A stretch of DNA of 64,000 bases, from NCBI GenBank assembly GCA_965112155.1, contig OZ218098.1; one strand, written 5' to 3'. The stretch's first letter is position 1. Each line of letters opens with the position of its first letter. Below are positions 39,101-48,100 of this stretch, in pieces. The notes beneath the pieces are model-generated. The model worked only from the letters and a program-made list of their open reading frames with translations, was not told where the DNA came from and made no database searches. The stretch is from Podarcis liolepis. Lineage: Eukaryota. The position numbers and the translations under genes were made by a program.

Positions 39101-42100
39101 GAAGAGACTGAGAGAGCAAATCCCATCACAGAAGCTGCATTCCCCTTAGAGGCCATTCATATACGGTATGTTATTTCCCCCAGCTCTCATGGTCATTTTT
39201 ATTGCTCAAACAAGTGACCTTGAAAATAAATCAACTGCCATGTAGTAAAGGATTTGGAAGGTTGAATCCATCCAAACAAGTCATTCCACAGTCACTGAAA
39301 AGCCCCAAGTGAGTTTATGGCATTTGTTGGATGATGGCGCCCATCACCTGCAACTTTTCCATGCCTTTCACTAAGCATGAATGAAGAGCAAGGCTAGTTT
39401 GTGACTGCCTTGCAGTGGAAGTATAGTCGTGGGGTGGTGCAGAATTCTGAATACCTTTGCAATGCTTTGTTTACTTCACCAAGTACAAGTCATTTTATTA
39501 TGGTCAATTACCAGTATCAAGACAAAACCACAAATATTCAGAGATAGTGAGTTGTTCTGGGTCAAATCCGATATGCCCGCTGAGGGTTCTGCAATTGGTT
39601 CAGAAAGTCTGCCTCTGTATTCTTCCTCTGCCCTATCCTCTGCCAACCCCCAGGCAAAGAACAGCTCCAGCTGCCAACAAATACTTGGGTCATGCACTTA
39701 AAATTATCATCACCCCAAAATGTACCACAGCATCAGCACATGACCAGTATTGTTGTTAGTAGAATTTGGCAGGATGCAAGGAATTTTGCAGTGATGTGAT
39801 AAACGAGCTGGCATTTTTTTATTATTTTGAATTTTCTTTATTTATCATATGTTTCACTATATTTGCATATAGTGTGGCATGCCGCCTTGACATTTTATAT
39901 GTGTGGGCGGTATATTTTTTTTTTCAAAATGCGTAAATAAACTCTATCCTTCCATCTGCTGGGTCCAAGTTCCCTGGGATTTTAATTTTAGCTCCATCGT
40001 GCAACAAAGCCTAGGCATTGCCTCATCTTGCCGTACTTCAAAAAGCCTGTTTGGATCAGCTCACACAAAGCACACACATGCTAAATTAACTAGGAGTGGA
40101 GATAGGAGAAACATTTTTAGAGCAGTTGGGTTAGTTTGGAAATGCCCTCACTGCTCTCAGCCCCATCTCTCTCCTCTCCAAGGTCAAGCACTTTATTTTT
40201 TTTATTAAAAAAAACTAGTTCTGCTAGTTTGCAGCAGAAGCCAACGGCATACGGTGTTAAGCGGACAGCACCCATGACAACACCAAAAGCAAAACAAAAC
40301 CCTATCCCCCAGAGCAGCATTATGCATCTTCTTTTAAAGTTTCCTTTCTTCTTTTAATGAATACATCAAAGATTATGGATAAACATACATGTATGACGCT
40401 TTGGAAATTAGAAAAAAGGGGAGAGTCCAGATGACACACAGAGAAGGGAAGGGACAAAACTGAGAACCAAGACAGCACTTGATGTTGTAAGTTTACCCAC
40501 CAGCCATTTCAGTAGCAAAGCCAGGAGACACTGGACTCGTCCTTTGGCGGAGGAACCTGACCATGTAATCTGCTGTGAAACCTGTTTTAATAAAGCACCC
40601 ACCTTCCACTTCAGTGTCACCCTTTAGTTACCCTGGAGTCTATACATGACGCCCAGCACTTCCTTTGCCCTGTAACAGTGGTGTAAAAATCAGTCCTACT
40701 GGGTAAAGTGCCCCACTCCAACTGAAGTGAGAGGCTGCTGCATTGCTTTCACAGAACGGATAGCTTTTCCAGAATGAATGACTATGAAGCTGCTTTATTT
40801 AATATACCTTAAGAATATACGGCCCTAGCTCTGAATCCCCCAGGAGTTGCAGCTATATGGGTTTTAAACTGACCCACTTGTTAAGCAGTTGGACACATTG
40901 AGATATGGTCTTGTGTTCACCCTCCCCACTTCTTTCAGCCAGCCAAAGATTCAGATAACAGAGGTAAATTGTTCTTGAAGTGTCTGCCTTTGATCTGCAG
41001 ACTTAATCTGTTGCAGAGGAGAAGAGAGCACTTATTCGTGTGTGTGTGTGCAGTGAGTGTGTAGAGCTTACAATTTTTTCATCTGCCAGGTTTGAACTCT
41101 CTCACCACTTATTGCTAACTATGGATAGAATTCTTAATTTGGAACTGAATCTAAGACTGTGCACATATTACAGGCTTAAAACACAGCTATGGTGTTATTT
41201 TTCTTCAATTAAGTTTGGAGCCAGTTCCGGGGGGGGGCGGGGCACAGAATACATGGAATACTTCATAAGAGAGGTACAGGAGAGATCTGGATTGTGGCTA
41301 ATATCGTGTGTCCACTGTTTCTCAAACCAGCGGTGGGAGCACACTGGATGCAGAGCAAAAGGGAGTATGTACACAGCCAAAAATCTCTGCTCAGCATATA
41401 CTTGAGCAAATCACTGTTTTTCAAGCTTCAGTTCCCCCATCTGCAACAAGGCCACAGTAAGAACCTACCCTTTAGGACTGTTGTGAGGGCAAAGCAACAA
41501 CAGAGCTAAAATAAGGACAGATTATAATTGCTTCCAGGCATTGCCACATTACGATAAGTGTTGAACTGTGTGAAAAGTGGTCGCTATGCTGTACATCCCT
41601 CTCTTTCATATTCCTTTTAAGACTTCTAGAGCTACTTGTGCTTTAATGCAAAAAGAGTTCTTCTGTGTTGGGAGTACAAGGACAGGAGCCAAGGGTTCTT
41701 ACATATGTAATCACCCCCGGATGTTTTATTTATTTATTATGCACTTCGAAAGGCAAGCTATGCCTCTTTAGATGTAAATTGTACTGAAATCAACACAGCT
41801 TAGTTTTTGAATGATGTGTTGGATCAGGATGTAGAAGCATTACATAATTTATACATTTGTAAGGCTAACAAACAATAGCAGCACTAGCAAAAGCCAAGCC
41901 CTTTTCCCTCTTGGGGAGGAGTCATTGGTAGATTCAGATAATTAACCCTGGATGAATCTCATGCTAGGGTTCTCCTCGTTGTTTCAAGGGAGACTTGAGG
42001 CAACACAAAACTAGACTTCTTCTGATCTCAGCTGTTAAATGAAGCAGGTGTAAACATTCAGATGCCACTACTGCCCCTCTCCTTGTAGCAGCTACTATGC

Positions 42101-45100
42101 CACCATGCATGCTATCACTTTGGAAAATAAAATGTCAGGTGTTAGGAAGTACTGAAGAAGAGGCCACCAATCATAAATTTTAGAATTGGGGATGGGTGTC
42201 ATGGTCATCTCCGGCTGAAAAAAAAGCCCTGCATACTACACACATTACAGATGTTTGGGATGAGGGTGCTTTGGCTAAAAGCAAGTGGCTTGTCTAAGGT
42301 CACCTAATGAGTTTGAGGCAAATAATATTAATATTAATATTAATAATAATAATAATTTATTATTTATACCCCGCCCATCTGGCTGGGCTTCCCCAGCCAC
42401 TCTGGGCGGCTTCCAAAAGAATATTAAAATACTATGATACATCAAACATTAAAAGCTTCCCTAAACAGGGCTGCCTTCAGATGTCTTTTAAAAGTCTGGT
42501 AGTTGTTGTTCTCTTTGACATCTGGTGGGAGGGCGTTCCACAGGGAGGGTGCCACTACCGAGAAGGCCCTCTGCATGGTTCCCTGCAACTTGGCTTCTCG
42601 CAGTGAGGGAACTGCCAGAAGGCCCTCGGTGCTGGACCTCAGTGATCAGATTTAACTGCGGAGTCTACAATGTAGACTTCTTCGGTCTGCAATGCTACCC
42701 CAGCTCTCATATCTGTGTGTACACACAGTCCTGCAATCCATCCGTCATGAGGAACTTGGGTGCAGATGTCTCCACAGCCACTTTCAGTTCAGTCTTGTAC
42801 ATTGTGGTCCCCATTGTCCCATTGGACACTTACAGCAGCTTGCCCAAGACAGTACTCAGATGCATTGTCAAATGTGTTGGCAGGGGGAACCCTAGAGCTA
42901 ACAGAACATGGATGTTGTGGGTCAGAGGGGCTGAAATGTACATAGGAGAAATACAAATCTGTGTTATACCTGCCTCTGGCTACAGCAGACATTTTTATGA
43001 GCATTCCAGCAACCATAATGATGCATATCTGTATGTAGTTCTCTCCCTCCCTTTCCTATTCTGCTGCTTTCTTTATCGTGTATGGTGTCTGACTAAAAAG
43101 GAAGTATGAATTATGTACAGCTGTCACTCTTCCTCTGTCTGGAATGCATCCCACCATTGCCCCTCCTAGTGTCTCCAGCTCAGAAACAGGCTGAAGCGGT
43201 TCTCAACAAGCTCGAGTGGTTGACTTTGCAAGCAAACAGCGCTTGGACCTTCACCTGACATACCCTCTTATAGCCTCCAATGCCTTAACCACCACCGCAA
43301 TCCAGAAACTGCCCACCGGCAGGCCTACATTTGAACTCCTGAATGCATGAAAAGGGAGCTTTGGAATGTTGCACATGGGTGGAGAGAGGTACGCAAAAGC
43401 AAGAGGTAGGGGCCCCTCTGTCACTTGCCCACAGTTTACAATACCATTGCAGGCCACCATCGCAGAAAAAAAAGCAGTTTTCTTCCCAAGTTAAAATTTT
43501 GTAACATTCAGTGAATTGTATAATAACTCGAGAGCTGCCATGGAACCTCCACTCACAAAGGTGGTTGTTGCCATGGGGAAAGTGAGGTGGTGTCACTTTT
43601 TGCTCAGGCTATTTCCAATGAAAAAAAATTTGGCACCAATGGGAGATTTTTTTCTTATTATAAAAAAGTCAAAGGGGTTGCCGTGTTAAGTCTCTTGCAG
43701 TGAAAACAAATACTGGTAATCTTGAGGCACCTTAAAGATGAGTAACATTTATAATGGCTTTTGTAGACATAAGCTTGCATCTTCAGATGCATTTAATGAA
43801 GTGGCCTTGGGTCAGTGGAAGCCTCTGCCACAACCACAAGACTCTCTGATTGTTTTTCATTGGGCATGGAATGCTGTTGGACAGGGCTGGGGGACAGGAT
43901 GGGAAAGCCCATTGGTGGGGAATTAAGTCAAGTATTTCAAGGAGCATGGCTGCCTGCCTAGAACACTGAAGGAGGAGCACTCCATACTGCAACATTTTGT
44001 TCTAGGTCCAAAACATTTTCCAGCCATTTAATGGTGCCCACTAAATCCTCGTGGAATGCCTCAAAGAAAGAAACGATGTGTTGGAAATACATTGTTTTGT
44101 TACACTGAAAAGAGGGCGGAAAATGAGATCATATGAAAATGAAATGCAATATGTACAGACTGTGAGAACTGCATTAAAATTTTAAATCAGGCATAGGCAA
44201 ACTCGGCTCTCCAGGACCAGTGGTCAGGGATGATGGGAATTGTAGTCTCAAAACAACTCGAGGACCGAGTTTGCCTACGCCTGATTTAAATGAATCTAAA
44301 ATAACAACAGTGACAATTCAACAAGTAGTGTTAATGATATACAAACATGCTAGCATTGGTAAGTCAATTATCCACCTACATGTGTTAAGACTACGTTCAG
44401 GACACAGATGATAGAAATGAATTTCTGGGTGTTATGCACACCAAATTGGTTATATTTCTCAGTTTTAAAAAACCCAGAAGTTTGGCTATGTGTTCATTCT
44501 GCAGGTCTTCCAAACATTTTTTAAAAACCCAATAATAAAGCAAAAGCTTCATATAAAAGGGCATGGCTTTGATGTGAAAACAAGGAGCTGTTTGCCACTT
44601 ATTATCTGGGTTTAAAAAAAAACTGACTAGAGGTGTGCTTTTGTACAGGCATTGCAAGGCAAGGGAGCATTCAGTCTATAAAGGCTAGGGGAAGACGGCA
44701 ACAAAGCCAATCAGCCCAAGAAGCAGACACTTGAAAAAAGAAGTAGCAGACTCAGAATAATGATCGCTATGACCAGGGCGAGGCCCCGCTGTTGCAGGAG
44801 GAGAGGCGGCAGCACGCACATGAGACAGCACACAATGAAAAGAGTCACAGCAGGAGGGACGATCATAATCTGTCCTAAAAGCAATTTTTAAAAAGGGACT
44901 GCCAATTTTATTTTGCCATTGCAAAGATCTGAAGATTGCTGAGGAAAGACTTATGTGGTAAAAATGTAAGTGCCTATTATTAACTTTTATATATTCCACA
45001 TCTCTAAAATTGTGCTAGATTATGACGTAACCAGAGGCATATGTGCTGAAGAAGAAAAACGCCACCATGAATAACAAGGTGCCATATTTGAACAAAGGGA

Positions 45101-48100
45101 GAAGGCCAGGAGAGTTCACTTCCCTTTGTCCATATGAGCCCCCTAGGGTAGCTTTTTGCCAACCTTCTGCCCTCCGTATGGTGTTCGGACCACAACTCCC
45201 ATCATCCCCAGCCGGCACAGCTGGGAGTTGGAGTCCGACAAAATCTGGAGGGCGCCAGATTGGCACAGGCTGCCCTAGGATGAGGCATGTTTTCGCCATT
45301 GTTATTCAGTAGCTTCTTGCCTGTGAAATTTGATAGGCATGGCCGGGGGAGCTGGCAGGATGTTCCAGTTCTGATTACAGTCATGCCTCTTCTACTGCAC
45401 CTCTCATCGTCTCCCCTGCAGCAGCTTCTACCCCACTTTGCTCAGCCCCTTCTCCTGTCTCTATCACTGTTGCCACCACCGCCAGGCTTCAAGGTTTCTA
45501 CAGATGCACACAACATCTGCTCTCACTTCCCTAGGGCAGGTACACCATGGTCAGGCTGTGCTTCTCCCTAAATAGATTGGATCAGCTCTAGAGAGTGCCA
45601 GTGCCACCTTCTACCTGAAGGAGGGGAAGAGATGGGAAAGGGCAGAGGAGGGGAGGGGAGAGAAACCACCCCCAGTTACCCCACATCTTCTGCACAAGAA
45701 TCAGGGCACCTCAACTCCATCACTGATGAGAGGAGGGAAGAGGATGTTTTGCAGGACTTCAGCTTTCCATTCTGGGTATGGTAAAATTTGCAATAGCTCA
45801 TTCAGACCTGTAGGATCGGTGTAACTGAGGGCACATCTGCGCTCAAGTTACAAAGATCCTATAGATCTGGATGAGACACTTCAAATTTCACCATACCCAG
45901 ATTGGATGTCCAAGAGCACTTCAGTTTACTGTGTCCACAAGAAATGCATATGCACCCTGCACCTTGTTTTAAGGTACTTCTGTTTGATGCTGTTGTTTCT
46001 CAAACCTACTCCACACTGATTGGGGTCCTTAAGCTGTCCCTAATTTGTTTCTAGCCAAGGTGTGAGCACCTTTTAATGTGAACACACCCTTACAGCACAG
46101 GTTTAACCAGGTTTACTCAGAAGGAAGTCCCAATGATTTGAATGGGATACACTTGAGGGGTGTACGCTCTGAATGATGGCTTTCCTTCTCTTGGATATAA
46201 GACCACATCACACGGTAAAGCACGTGCATTATTAAAGCTGTGGAAAGCAAGTTTTCAGAAGCCACAGCACAATATTCCAACCACTAGGAAGTTACATTGT
46301 TGACCTAAATTAACTCCCCACCACACAAAATAAAGCTGCTCCTATTGGATTTCTGCCTGTTCTATAGCTCTTAACGACACACCACTCTATCAGGCTCAGG
46401 GCAGTGACTAAAAGCACATGTAGAAGAAGCCTTGTCTGGATGCAGGAACCAGTGTCTGCCACCTTGAATATCTATTTTAGGTCCATCAAAATCCTAACAA
46501 TGGGAGGGTGGAATGGAGGACTTTAGCAGTATAATTCCCCAAACTCAAAATCGAAGTGTTTCATGCCTTCATTGAATTAACAAGGTTTCAAACCTGTTTA
46601 GGATCCATGGGTTGCACTGAGACATGTAGGATTGTGGGAATACAGGCAGGAACTGGGATCTCCTTTCAGGTAGGCCCATCCTTCTCCTGTCAGCCCAAAG
46701 GACAGCATTGCATAGGACAGGACAGACATACCAGTGCAGGGTGTGGGACTAGACTCCACAATTAGAACGAGAGTGACAGATCAAAGGGTGGGTGCAGTCA
46801 TCAAGAAAGTGAGCTCCAGGTGTGTCCAAGAGCTTCCTACCCTCTGGTGTTCTATCATTAATCTCAGCGTAGTTCAAAGGCTATATGGTAACACCATCCA
46901 GTGTTGTTGATCTGCCACTATTCAGCAATCTCATATTGCAGAGATAGTAATCTCTGAGTATTGCAGAGATAGTTAAGCAGGTTAGCTGCTAATTGAGCCT
47001 TTGATTCCAGGAACTGTTCTTGTTCCCATTTCACGGGATGTCAAACAATGACAAGACTGAAACTAGCTCATGAGGGAGAAACCATTGAGATCAGCACCAA
47101 ATGTAACCCAAGGTCTTAACTGAACAGTTCTATCCCACTCTTCACTGCAGCACTGCCAAGGCTGGAGAACAGTAAACGGTGCCTTTGACTTTACATACGG
47201 GATCCACCATCACACCCTGATAAAGCAGGGGTGGCTAACCTGTGACCCTCCAGGCATTGCTGGACTCTAACCCCATCAGCATGGCCAAAGGTCAGGGGTA
47301 ATGGGAGTTGTAGTCCAGCAACACCTGGAAGGCCACAAGTTCTCCAGGTGTATACAATGCCCCTGCCCCTGCGTAGATGCACTACTGAGAAGTTAAATTA
47401 TTACTATTGGTGCACATGATTCTACTCTGCACAATTTAATCCTCACAACATCCCTAAGAGTTAGATTAGGCTAAGAGATAGCGATTTGCCTTAAGCTGCC
47501 CAGTGAGCTTTATGACTGAGTGGAGGTTTAAACTCTGGCCTCCCAGTTGCATTTAGCTGCATTTTGACATAGGCAATGAACTGAGAATTATTTCCAACTG
47601 GTAAAACACACCGAGGCCGTTGAGGCAGAATCACAAGAAACGTAAGGAAGAAAATCCCAAACTAAGACCCTGATGTTGGGAAAGATTGAGGGCACAAGGA
47701 GAAAGGGATGACAGAGGACGAGATGATTGGACAGTGTTCTCAAAGCTACCAGCATGAGTTTGACCAAACTGCGGGAGGCAGTGGAAGACAGGAGTGCCTG
47801 GCGTGCTCTGGTTCATGGGGTCATGAAGAGTTGGACACGACTGAACGACTAAACAACAAACTCTCAGGTTCTTGTGAGAAACTTTCTACCTCTATTGTTT
47901 AGCCAGCACCTGAAAGAGGAAACAGTCTGACTCTGCAAGCAAAGGAAACTTTGTACCGTACTGGAACCCTGCCCTGGCGTTTGTGGCAGGGCGTTTACAT
48001 GAATGGAATACATCAACCTGATAGGGGGTCATAAATTACAAGTGACCTCTCCTAATCTCTGGATTGCAATCTAGGTTTCCAAATGCAGCGGTGAAAAACA

